From contig CAWISW010000002.1 in assembly GCA_963838925.1 (NCBI GenBank), positions 288,001 through 352,000 on the forward strand: a stretch of 64,000 bases of DNA, written 5' to 3'. This DNA is from an uncultured Nitrososphaerota archaeon (GTDB lineage Archaea; Thermoproteota; Nitrososphaeria; Nitrososphaerales; Gagatemarchaeaceae). The notes below the pieces were generated by a model that saw only the letters and a program-made list of their open reading frames with translations, had not been told where the DNA came from and made no database searches. This document shows, in pieces, positions 53,141 to 61,956 of this stretch. The position numbers were made by a program, and so were the translations under genes. The first letter of the stretch is position 1; each line of letters starts with the position of its first letter.

Positions 53141-54387
53141 TCCCACGGGTCACGACCATAGGGAGCTACCCGACGTTCCCACGGGCGGAGGACGTCGAGT
53201 ACTACTACACCATCTCGAGGCACGGCCTCGGCGGGGAGGTTGTCGACCCCTACCTCTGGTCGATGGAGGAGGCGCTCAAGGACTTCACGTCCGCGGGCGT
53301 GGACGTGCCGTCGACGGGCCAGTCCAGGGGCGACCTTTACTCGCTCTTCTTGGAGCCGAAGTTCGTCAAGGGGATAACGTGGCAGGGAGCCGACGCCTAC
53401 GTCAACGGGAAGATCGAGCGGACCGGCTCGATCCGCCTGGCGGACGTCCGCCACGCGAGGAGCGTCCTCCCCCCCCACTACGAGCTGAAGGAGCCGATAA
53501 CAGACGCCTACACTCTCGCCAGGTTCGCCAAGATCAACACCAGCAGCTACGCTGACACCAGGGAGCTCGCGCGAGAGATAAACAAGAAGATCATCATACC
53601 GGAGATCGAGGACCTCCAGGCGAGCGGGGCGGTCTCCTGGCTCCAGCTCGACTCGCCCACCATCGCCGCCGAGTCCTCCACCCCTGACTACATCCAAGGG
53701 CTCTACGAGGAGGTCGCGGCCGCCGCGAAGGTCCCCGTAGTCGTGCACGCTTGCGGGGACGCGGTGAGGATCTTCTCCTCCCTGCTCACGAAGCTGAAGG
53801 TCGACACGATCTCGCTCGACTTTTACCACTACCCCAAGCTCTTCGAGGAGGCGGGCAAGAAGAGCTACGACCAGAAGATAGGGCTGGGCTGCACCGACAG
53901 CCAGAGCATGAGGGTCGAGACCGTGGACGAGACCAGGCGGCTGATAGCCTTCGCGGAGGCGCGCCTCGGCAAGGACCGGATCCAGTTCGTCCACCCTCAC
54001 TGCGGCCAGAGGAACCTGAACCGCGAGATAGCCTACGAGAAGAACGTGGTGCTCGCGTTGGCGCGGGACGACGCGTGCTTCGGGGAGGCGGAGGAGGCCT
54101 CGGCCTCCCACCTCACCTCCAAGGAGTACGACCCGGGCGGCTACTTCCTCGTCTCGGTGAGCAGGGAGACGAAGGAGATAGTGGTCGCCTACTACACCTA
54201 CGACCACACGGCGAAGAAGAGGTACCGCTCCAAGTCAGCGGAGCGCCTCTTCCAGACCCTCAACGACGAGGCCGACACCCTCGGCCTGAGCCGCAGGCAC
54301 CTCTCGTACCTCACGCTGGAGCTCGGACGCGCGGAGGCGTCGATCGCCTCTGGGACCCAGTCCTACCGCCAGAAAGTGATAGAGTGA
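53137..54387 (+). CDS. Second MetE/MesA-like Zn barrel fused to a C-terminal DUF4346-like domain
   Basis: TTIGSYP, STGQ.RGD, QLDSP, VHACGD, GLGC.D, HPHCGQ; from about 54121 YDPGGYFLV...EIVV..Y...HLSYL..ELGRAE.....SYRQ. Confidence 0.72.
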   Translation: MIPRVTTIGSYPTFPRAEDVEYYYTISRHGLGGEVVDPYLWSMEEALKDFTSAGVDVPSTGQSRGDLYSLFLEPKFVKGITWQGADAYVNGKIERTGSIRLADVRHARSVLPPHYELKEPITDAYTLARFAKINTSSYADTRELAREINKKIIIPEIEDLQASGAVSWLQLDSPTIAAESSTPDYIQGLYEEVAAAAKVPVVVHACGDAVRIFSSLLTKLKVDTISLDFYHYPKLFEEAGKKSYDQKIGLGCTDSQSMRVETVDETRRLIAFAEARLGKDRIQFVHPHCGQRNLNREIAYEKNVVLALARDDACFGEAEEASASHLTSKEYDPGGYFLVSVSRETKEIVVAYYTYDHTAKKRYRSKSAERLFQTLNDEADTLGLSRRHLSYLTLELGRAEASIASGTQSYRQKVIE

Positions 54388-55263
54388 TTGAGGCTAGCGG
54401 AGCGCCTTAAGAGGGGCATCTTCACCACCGTCGTCGAGATCTTCCCGCCCAACTTCAGCGCCGAGACGGCCAAGGAGCCGCTCCTGGGCCTGAGGCAGAA
54501 GACGCAGGACGTCGTCTCGAGGGTGAGGAAGGTCGAGAACCTCGTGGACTGCTTCGTCGTCGCTGACATGAAGGACCTCGGGAGGCTGAAGCTGTCCAGC
54601 ATCTACACCGCGGCCATGCTGAAGCATGAGCTCGACACGGAAGTAATCCCCGTCATAGCTGTGAGGGACGCCAACCGGTCTGGGGTAAGGACCCTCTTCC
54701 TCACCGCCCTCTCGTACGGGCTCGACTCCGTGATGCTGGTCTGGGGGGACAAGTACAACGAGGGAGAGGGCTCCGCCAACGTCTACGACTACCCTTCGCT
54801 CTCTGATGCGATCAAGGAGATGAGGGCGCTCGCGGACAGGGCGAACGTCGAAGCCACCATCCTCGCCCCGGTCAACGTGGCCGCGCTGGAGACGAAGAGG
54901 GGCGCCGCGATAGCGTCGTCCCGCCTCGAGAGCGGGGCGGACTGCCTTCTCGCCCAGCCGCCAACGTCCGACATCTCGGTCACGCTGCCGGAGCACCTCC
55001 GCCTCCTCGACGGGAAGGGCATGAGGCCGAACGTCCTGCTCAACGTCTTCCCGTTCAGGGACAAGGAGGACATCGACTCCTGCAGGGCCCGGTTCGGCTG
55101 GAAGATACCCGACGTGGCGGACAGGATCGCCCAAGAAGGCGGGGAGGCCGGCCTGATCAGGGAATCCAAGATGGTCGTGGAGAAGATGCGGGAGAGCGGG
55201 CTCCCCGGGGTATACGTATCGACGAGGGGCAGGCCGGAGCTCGCGCGGTTCATCCTCGACTAG
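54388..55263 (+). CDS. Divergent methylenetetrahydrofolate reductase family protein
   Basis: VEIFPP, IP....RD.NR, LVWGD, ..GAD...AQP; abuts the previous stop (TGATTG). Confidence 0.75.
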   Translation: MRLAERLKRGIFTTVVEIFPPNFSAETAKEPLLGLRQKTQDVVSRVRKVENLVDCFVVADMKDLGRLKLSSIYTAAMLKHELDTEVIPVIAVRDANRSGVRTLFLTALSYGLDSVMLVWGDKYNEGEGSANVYDYPSLSDAIKEMRALADRANVEATILAPVNVAALETKRGAAIASSRLESGADCLLAQPPTSDISVTLPEHLRLLDGKGMRPNVLLNVFPFRDKEDIDSCRARFGWKIPDVADRIAQEGGEAGLIRESKMVVEKMRESGLPGVYVSTRGRPELARFILD

Positions 55264-55321
55264 GGGCCCCAGGCCTTGAAGACCTAAATATCGTTACGGG
55301 GCCGGACCCACGAGTCCCACC

Positions 55322-56035
55322 TTGAAGGCCCTCATTCTCGCGGGCGGGCAGGGTCTGAGGCTGAGACCGCTCACCGACGACAGGCCCAAGCCCCTCGTCG
55401 CGGTCGCGGGGAAGCCGATAGCGGAGTGGCAGCTCGACTGGATGATCAAGAACGTCGACCTCCGAGATGCGACCTTCCTCTGCGGCTACAAGTGGACGCG
55501 CCTGAAGGAGCACTTCGGCAGCGAGTACCGCGGCGTGCGGATCGAATACAGCGTGGAAGAGACGCCGCTCGGGACCGGCGGGGCGTTCCGAAAGGCCATC
55601 GAGGGCGCGAAGATCGGCGACGAGGACGTACTGATGATGAACGGCGACATCGTCACCGACCTCCCGCTGGGCGATATGGTCGCCGCGCACACCTCGGCGA
55701 AGAGCCGCCCGACGATAACGCTCCTCCTAGTGCCCTACAGGTCGAGGTTCGGGATCGTCCACATCGACAAACAGAACGTCGTGAAGGGCTTCGAGGAGAA
55801 GCCCGAGTTCAAGGACGTCTGGATCAACGGGGGAATCTACGTCGCCAACGCGAAGAGGCTCGTGGGCAGCCTTCCGGCGAAGGGGGACGTCGAGAGGGAG
55901 ACGTTCCCGAGGCTCGTCCGCACCGGCGAGATACTCGCGTATCCATACCGCGGTTTCTGGTCGCTCATCGACTCCGTCAAGGACATCCAGGAGGTCGAGA
56001 AGGAGCTCAAGGCCCGCGCAGCGGCGACCTCCTGA
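55322..56035 (+). CDS. Sugar-phosphate nucleotidyltransferase
   Basis: ALILAGG.G.RLRPLT.DRPKPL, EETPLGTGGA, MNGDI, F.EKP, WINGGIY. Confidence 0.92.
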   Translation: MKALILAGGQGLRLRPLTDDRPKPLVAVAGKPIAEWQLDWMIKNVDLRDATFLCGYKWTRLKEHFGSEYRGVRIEYSVEETPLGTGGAFRKAIEGAKIGDEDVLMMNGDIVTDLPLGDMVAAHTSAKSRPTITLLLVPYRSRFGIVHIDKQNVVKGFEEKPEFKDVWINGGIYVANAKRLVGSLPAKGDVERETFPRLVRTGEILAYPYRGFWSLIDSVKDIQEVEKELKARAAATS

Positions 56036-56123
56036 CCGCCGATCGCCCGACTCCTCGCTTCAGCTTCGAAATGCTTATTATGTGAAGGTGGAGTGCGTGC
56101 TTTGGTAAGGGTCGATAGATTCC

Positions 56124-57224
56124 TTGCCACAAAGTTTTGTCACCAAACTGAAGGACGCATCTCAAGCTTACACCTTCCGCGACTTTATCCTGCTCCCAGG
56201 GAGGAGCGAAGTCGAGCCCAGGGACATCGACCTCTCCTCGAACCTCACGAAGCACATCAAGCTCAGCCTCCCCTTCGTCTCCTCGCCCATGGACACGGTC
56301 ACCGAGTGGAGGATGGCAGTCGAGCTCGCGAGGATTGGCGCCGCGGGCGCTATCCACAGGAACATGAGCACCGAGAGCCAGGTCGAGCAGGTGAAGAAGG
56401 CGAAGGCGGCCAAGGTCCAGGCGAAGTCCGTCGACGAGAAGGGCAGGCCGCTGGTGGGGGCCTCGGTCTCGCCTCTCGACACGAAGCGCTGCGAGGCGCT
56501 GGACAGGGTCGCCGACTTCCTGGTCTCAGACGTCGCCCACTTCCACAACTCAAACCTGCTGAAGGTGACCGCGAGGCTCCTTCCCAACCTGAGCAAGGAC
56601 TTCATCGCGGGCAACATCGGCACGAAACGGGCGGTCCGCGACATCATCACGGAGCTGCCGCGCGTAGACGGGTTCAGGGTGGGCATAGGCTCGGGCTCCG
56701 TCTGCATCACCTCGGAGGTGACGAGGGTGGGGGCGCCGACCCTCTTCGCGGTCTCGGAGGTGGCGACGGCCGTCAGCGAACTCAACGCCGACGTCCCGAT
56801 AATCGCGGACGGCGGGATCCGCGGCGCGGGCGACGCGTCCCTCGCGCTGGCTGCGGGGGCATCCACCGTGATGCTCGGCTCGATGCTCGCCGGCTGCGAC
56901 GAGTCGCCCACGAAGGTGATCGTAAAGAACGGCAAGAAGATGAAGGTCCACAGGGGGATGGCCAGCGCCGCGGCCCGGAACGTGCGCTTCGCCCTCGACA
57001 GGTACAGCGTTCCCGCCAAGGGGCTCGAGGAGGGCGTGGAGGCCTACGTCGCGTACTCTGGCAAGACCGCGGACGTCATCGCGAAGGTCGAGAACGGGCT
57101 GAAGGCGTCGTTCGGGTACTCCGGCGCGAAGAGCGTGAGCGACCTCTGGAGCGTCGCCTCCTTCGGCTACGTCTCTCCCCAGGGCACCTCCGAGCTCGGA
57201 GTCCACTCTCTTACCCTGAAGTGA
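56124..57224 (+). CDS. guaB: IMP dehydrogenase (no CBS domains)
   Basis: SSPMDTVTE, IHRN, GIGSGSVCIT (catalytic Cys), IIADGGI, MLGSMLAG, RGM.S, EGVE; adjacent to guaA. Confidence 0.9.
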   Translation: MPQSFVTKLKDASQAYTFRDFILLPGRSEVEPRDIDLSSNLTKHIKLSLPFVSSPMDTVTEWRMAVELARIGAAGAIHRNMSTESQVEQVKKAKAAKVQAKSVDEKGRPLVGASVSPLDTKRCEALDRVADFLVSDVAHFHNSNLLKVTARLLPNLSKDFIAGNIGTKRAVRDIITELPRVDGFRVGIGSGSVCITSEVTRVGAPTLFAVSEVATAVSELNADVPIIADGGIRGAGDASLALAAGASTVMLGSMLAGCDESPTKVIVKNGKKMKVHRGMASAAARNVRFALDRYSVPAKGLEEGVEAYVAYSGKTADVIAKVENGLKASFGYSGAKSVSDLWSVASFGYVSPQGTSELGVHSLTLK

Positions 57225-57245
57225 GAGTGCTTGCGCGCTTCGAGC

Positions 57246-58862
57246 ATGACCGAGACAAAGACAAGAAACCCCGCGAGCACGCCCGGAAAGGCGAAAGGTG
57301 AGGGTGCCAGGAGGGACCTGCAGCTCCTCCGCGGAGGCGTCGCAGTCCTCGACTTTGGGGGCCAGTACTCACACCTCATCGCCAGGAGGATAAGGGGCCT
57401 GGGGGTGTACGCGGCCCTCCTTCCCTTCGACACCTCGGCGAGCTCGCTGAAGGAGATGGGAGTGAAGGGCGTCGTCCTATCGGGAGGCCCCTCGAGCGTC
57501 TACGGTCCCGGGGCCCCGCATCCGGACAAGGCGATATTCTCGGGGGACGTCCCGTTGCTCGGCATCTGCTACGGCTACCAACTCCTCGTCCAGGCGCACG
57601 GCGGCGAGGTGAAACGGGTGCCGAAGAGGGAATACGGCAAGGCCAAGGTGAAGATAACAGACCGCGGGAGCATCTTCAACGGGATAAGCAGTGACAGCAT
57701 CACCTGCTGGATGAGCCACGGCGACTCCGCGACCAAGCTCCCGCCCGGACTCGCAGCGATGGCCACAAGCGACAACTCGCCATATGCCGCGATCCGAACC
57801 GCCGACGGCCGGCAGTTCGGAGTCCAGTTCCACCCCGAGGTGGTCCACACGGAGCACGGCGGCGAGATCCTCTCGAACTTCGTGTTCGGCGTCTGCCGCG
57901 CGGAGCGCAGGTGGAGCATGGAGGGGTTCCTAGGGGAGACTCTCCGCGAGCTGCGGCAGACACCAGAGGGCAGGGTGCTGTGCGCAGTCTCGGGCGGGGT
58001 GGACTCCTCGGTCGCCTCCGTCCTCCTCAACAAGGCGCTCCACGAGAGGCTGCAGTGCGTCTTCATCGACACGGGCCTGCTGAGGGAGGGGGAGGGAGCC
58101 GAAGTCTCCAAGTTCCTCAAGCACGACCTCGGGGTCCCTCTCGAGTTCATCGACGCGTCGACGAGGTTCCTGAGCGCGCTGAAGGGGGTCTCCGACCCCG
58201 AGAAGAAGAGGAAGATCATCGGGAGGGTATTCGCTGAGGAGTTCGAGGAGTACGCGAGGAAGAAGGGGCCGTTCAGGTACCTGGCCCAGGGCACGCTCTA
58301 TCCAGACGTGATCGAGAGCGGCCAGACCAACGCCCCCGCCTCCGTCATAAAGACCCACCACAACGTCGGCGGTCTCCCCAAGGACCTGAGGATGGAGCTC
58401 ATCGAGCCGCTGCGAGAGCTCTACAAGGACGAGGTGAGGGCGCTGGGCTCGCTCCTCGGGCTGCCACCGGAGGTCCTGAAGCGCCACCCCTTCCCCGGCC
58501 CGGGGCTCGCCGTCAGGATAATCGGGGAGGTCACCCCGGAGAAGGTGCGCATGTGCAGGGGCGCCAACCTCATCGTCGAGGAGGTCATGCGCGAGGAGGG
58601 GCTCTACGACAAGGTCTGGCAGGCGTTCGCCTACCTGGGGGACGACCACGTCACCGGGGTGCTGGGGGACGAGCGCAGGGTCGGCGCACAGGTCACCGTG
58701 CGTGCCGTCGAGTCGGTCGACGCCATGACCGCAGACTGGTACCGCATGCCCTACGACGTCATGGAGAGGATCTCGAGCAGGATAACAAACGAGGTTGACG
58801 GGGTCGTGAGCGTGGCCTACTCCATCTCCTCGAAGCCTCCGGCCACGATCGAGCCCCAGTGA
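57246..58862 (+). CDS. guaA: GMP synthase (fused GATase and synthetase)
   Basis: LDFGGQY, GICYG.Q, QFHPEV, SGGVDSSV, QGTLYPDVIES, IKTHHNVGGLP, HPFPGPGL, KPPATIE. Confidence 0.97.
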   Translation: MTETKTRNPASTPGKAKGEGARRDLQLLRGGVAVLDFGGQYSHLIARRIRGLGVYAALLPFDTSASSLKEMGVKGVVLSGGPSSVYGPGAPHPDKAIFSGDVPLLGICYGYQLLVQAHGGEVKRVPKREYGKAKVKITDRGSIFNGISSDSITCWMSHGDSATKLPPGLAAMATSDNSPYAAIRTADGRQFGVQFHPEVVHTEHGGEILSNFVFGVCRAERRWSMEGFLGETLRELRQTPEGRVLCAVSGGVDSSVASVLLNKALHERLQCVFIDTGLLREGEGAEVSKFLKHDLGVPLEFIDASTRFLSALKGVSDPEKKRKIIGRVFAEEFEEYARKKGPFRYLAQGTLYPDVIESGQTNAPASVIKTHHNVGGLPKDLRMELIEPLRELYKDEVRALGSLLGLPPEVLKRHPFPGPGLAVRIIGEVTPEKVRMCRGANLIVEEVMREEGLYDKVWQAFAYLGDDHVTGVLGDERRVGAQVTVRAVESVDAMTADWYRMPYDVMERISSRITNEVDGVVSVAYSISSKPPATIEPQ

Positions 58863-58875
58863 GCGCTGATCGAAG

Positions 58876-59862
58876 ATGCCCGTGTTCCTAGGCCCGCAGA
58901 CAGCCCTCGCGGAGCTCCACGTCCACCTGGGGAGCTCGGTCGACCCGGCCGTGATGTGGGAGATAGCCCACGCCCAGGGCATCCGACTTCCGACGAAGGA
59001 CTACTGGCGGTTCGTGGACATGATCACGGTCAACCCCAGGAAGGTGAAGTCGTTCGAGGACTACCTCGCGCTCTTCCACTGGACCGAGCTCATCCAGTCC
59101 AGCCCCCTCGCGATCGAGAACTCGGTCTATCACACCATAGCCGGGGCCTACCGCAAGAACAACATCACCCTCATAGAGCTGAGGTTCAACCCGATGAAGA
59201 GGAACCGCGGAGGGGAGAGGGACCTCGACCAGATCATGATGGCCGCGGGGCGGGGGCTCGACAGGGCGTCTGCGGAGTACCCCGTCAAGAGCGGCATAAT
59301 CATCTGCCTGGACAGGACCTTCGACCAGCACCTGAACGAGATCCTCCTCGAGAAGGCCCTGAAGTACAAGAACAGGGGCGTGGTCGGCATCGACATCGCC
59401 GGGTCGGCCAGGAAGGGCTTCCGCTACTCGGACTGCAAGGGCCTCTACAGGAGGGCGCGCAAGGAGGGGCTGGGCCTGACGGTCCACGCAGGGGAGGACG
59501 AGGGCCACAACTCCGTGCGAGACGTCCTGGCGCACCTGGAGCCCCAGAGGATAGGCCACGGGGTGAGGGCCACGGAGGACGCCGAGACACTGGAGATGCT
59601 GCGCGAGAGGGGTGTCACCCTCGAGCTCTGCCCCTCGTCCAACCTCAACACGCGCGTCCTGAAGGGCGTGGGGGACATGAAGCGGGTCTTCAGGGAGCTG
59701 AACAGGAGCAAGGTGAAGTACACGATCAACACCGACGGCCCCGAGATGCTCCTGACCAACCTGAGGAACGAGATAGACTTCCTACTCAGGAACGGCATCC
59801 TCAAGGAGAGCGACGTGCTCCGCGCCAACAGGAACGCTTTCGCGGCTTCCTTCATCCAGTAG
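58876..59862 (+). CDS. add: Adenosine/adenine deaminase family protein
   Basis: ELHVHLGSS, ELRF.P, VVGIDIAG, TVHAGE, RIGHG, ELCPSSN, INTD.P. Confidence 0.9.
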   Translation: MPVFLGPQTALAELHVHLGSSVDPAVMWEIAHAQGIRLPTKDYWRFVDMITVNPRKVKSFEDYLALFHWTELIQSSPLAIENSVYHTIAGAYRKNNITLIELRFNPMKRNRGGERDLDQIMMAAGRGLDRASAEYPVKSGIIICLDRTFDQHLNEILLEKALKYKNRGVVGIDIAGSARKGFRYSDCKGLYRRARKEGLGLTVHAGEDEGHNSVRDVLAHLEPQRIGHGVRATEDAETLEMLRERGVTLELCPSSNLNTRVLKGVGDMKRVFRELNRSKVKYTINTDGPEMLLTNLRNEIDFLLRNGILKESDVLRANRNAFAASFIQ

Positions 59863-59914
59863 CTCCCTCAAGACCCGAACGCCTAAATGCCGTTGCCTTC
59901 CCCGGCGAGAATCC

Positions 59915-60466
59915 ATGGCGCGCACCGGAGCTTCCCGCCAGGCGAAGAAGGACGAGAAGGGGGGAGCGGGGGAGGGGACCACGGATGAGATAGACGACAG
60001 CGTCCTCGAGGAAGGCTCCTACTACCTCTCCAAGCTCGACCTCGACCTCGACGCCATCGCTGAGCGCTTCGAGATCCCGCCCGCGCAGGTGCTCAGGCAC
60101 AAGACCCGCTACGAGAAGAAGCTGAGGGACGGGGACGCCGTCGAGGTCGCCACAGACCTCGCCTTCTGGCGGAACGTCAAGGAGGAGGCGGAGGGGAACG
60201 TCAAGGTGACCTTCGTCAGCGACAAGGGCTTCCACCACGCTTGGAGGTCTGACCTCGAGAAGCTCGACGGCCCCACGCTCCTCGCGATCTTCGAGTCCTG
60301 CAAGCGATTCCTCAACCTCGACCCTAACTCGAGGTTCTTGGAGTACTCGCCGCCCAAGAACTACGACCCGTTGGCGATGCAGCGCGAGATCACCAAGGCC
60401 GTGACCGTGATCAACTCCATCCTCGAGAGCAAGTGGAAGTCCGCCGGACACGGGAAGAAGCCCTAG
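59915..60466 (+). CDS. Hypothetical protein
   Basis: 183-aa ORF, GC3-rich, own CTAAAT box; possible HTH near LDAIAERFEI. Confidence 0.7.
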   Translation: MARTGASRQAKKDEKGGAGEGTTDEIDDSVLEEGSYYLSKLDLDLDAIAERFEIPPAQVLRHKTRYEKKLRDGDAVEVATDLAFWRNVKEEAEGNVKVTFVSDKGFHHAWRSDLEKLDGPTLLAIFESCKRFLNLDPNSRFLEYSPPKNYDPLAMQREITKAVTVINSILESKWKSAGHGKKP

Positions 60467-60532
60467 GGCTGCGGAGGGCGTCCCTCCCTTCGCCAAGCTT
60501 ATCTCGAAGGGGAGTCTCAGGAAGGTCGGCGC

Positions 60533-60889
60533 TTGAACAAGATCCCCCGGTCATCAAGGGACTCGGAGGACCTCCTCCGCTCCCTCCTGCCCGCGACAAA
60601 GGAGGTCGCTGTCAAGCCAGTGTTCGGGAACCTGTCAGCGTTCGTGCACGGGAACATGTTCGCCGGCGTCTACGGGGATGACTTCCTCGTGCGCCTCTCC
60701 GAGCCCGACCGGAAGGAGCTGCTCCTGAACGACGGGGCTGCGGTCTTCGAGCCGATGAAGGGGAGGCAGATGAAGGAATACGTCGTCGTCCCCAGGTCGT
60801 GGACGAAGGACCCCTCGAAGATCAAGCCATGGGTCGAGAGGTCCCTCGAGTGGTCGAGCAAGCTCCCTCCCAAGGAGCACAGGCGCTAG
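60533..60889 (+). CDS. TfoX/Sxy N-terminal domain protein
   Basis: K.VFG....FV.GNMFAG.YGD...VRL, F.PM.GR.MKEYV.VP, LPPK. Confidence 0.82.
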   Translation: MNKIPRSSRDSEDLLRSLLPATKEVAVKPVFGNLSAFVHGNMFAGVYGDDFLVRLSEPDRKELLLNDGAAVFEPMKGRQMKEYVVVPRSWTKDPSKIKPWVERSLEWSSKLPPKEHRR

Positions 60890-60930
60890 GTTTTTTACGA
60901 ACGCCGGAGGGCTTTCCTCCCGGTCCTCGC

Positions 60931-61206
60931 ATGCGCTACATGACCGACGCACACCTAAGCGGCCTCGCCGGAGAGCTCAGGGCCGTCGGGGTGGACTGCC
61001 AGACGGTCCACAAGCTGATGCTCGGCCACGAAGACTCGAGGGTCAAGATTTCCGACCCCGAGATCGTCAAGTTCCTAGAGTCCCAAAGGGGGTCGGTGAC
61101 CCTGATCACCATGGACAGCGAGCTCTCGGAGTACTGCTCGAAGTTCGCCATCCCGGTCATCAGGGTCCAGGACGTCATCTCCCGGCACATACAGGGCTCC
61201 AAGTGA
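60931..61206 (+). CDS. Mut7-C/DUF5615 PIN-like protein
   Basis: RYMTDAHL.GLA..LR..G.D, ISDPEI, LITMD..L; ATG 60931. Confidence 0.7.
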   Translation: MRYMTDAHLSGLAGELRAVGVDCQTVHKLMLGHEDSRVKISDPEIVKFLESQRGSVTLITMDSELSEYCSKFAIPVIRVQDVISRHIQGSK

Positions 61207-61254
61207 CGACGGCTCCGAGCAAAGGCTTTAACCGGGCGCAGCCGTGCTTTCCTC

Positions 61255-61863
61255 ATGGCAAAGACATACACGCTTCCGCCGTTACCATACGGCTACAACG
61301 CTCTCGAGCCGCACATCTCGGAGCAGATCATGAAGTTGCACCACGACAAACACCACCAGGCTTACGTGAACGGTGCGAACGCGGCCCTCGACAAGCTCGA
61401 AAAGGCCCGCTCAGGGGCGATGCAGATCGACCTCAAGGGGACCCTCAGGGACCTCAGCTTCAACATCGACGGCCACAAGCTCCACTCGATATTCTGGCCC
61501 AACATGGCACCCGCGGGCAAGGGAGGCGGCGACCCCGGCGGGAAGCTCGCCGACAAGATCACAGCGGACTTTGGAGGGGTGGACAAGTTCAAGGCCCAGT
61601 TCAGCGACGCCGCCAAGGCCGTCGAGGGGTCGGGGTGGGCGCTCCTCTGTTACGACAAGGAGATCGACTCGCTGGTTATGACCCAGGTAGAGAAGCAGAA
61701 CTTCATGGAGCTGGCGGAGCTGCCCATACTCCTGGGGCTTGACGTCTGGGAGCACGCGTACTACCTCCAGTACTGGAACGACCGCGCCAAGTACGTCGAG
61801 GCATGGTGGAACGTCGTCAACTGGTCAGACGTGGACGGCAGGCTCTCAAAGGTCGTAAAGTAG
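61255..61863 (+). CDS. sod: Fe/Mn superoxide dismutase
   Basis: LPPLPY.YNALEP.IS, LHHDKHHQAYV, GH.LHSIFW, GSGW, DVWEHAYY. Confidence 0.97.
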   Translation: MAKTYTLPPLPYGYNALEPHISEQIMKLHHDKHHQAYVNGANAALDKLEKARSGAMQIDLKGTLRDLSFNIDGHKLHSIFWPNMAPAGKGGGDPGGKLADKITADFGGVDKFKAQFSDAAKAVEGSGWALLCYDKEIDSLVMTQVEKQNFMELAELPILLGLDVWEHAYYLQYWNDRAKYVEAWWNVVNWSDVDGRLSKVVK

Positions 61864-61956
61864 CCGAACGGTGCGAGAGCCCCGCGCCTTCCAGGCGCGC
61901 CTCCTTTCTCTTTTAATCCAGCGAGCGCGGCGGCCCGCGCGGATGGAGTCCCCGCG

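Noticed and set aside
60533-61206. TfoX plus PIN-like gene as a toxin-antitoxin pair
   Set aside because: The PIN-like gene appears to have its own promoter element and TfoX-N is not a recognised antitoxin; adjacency is the only evidence.
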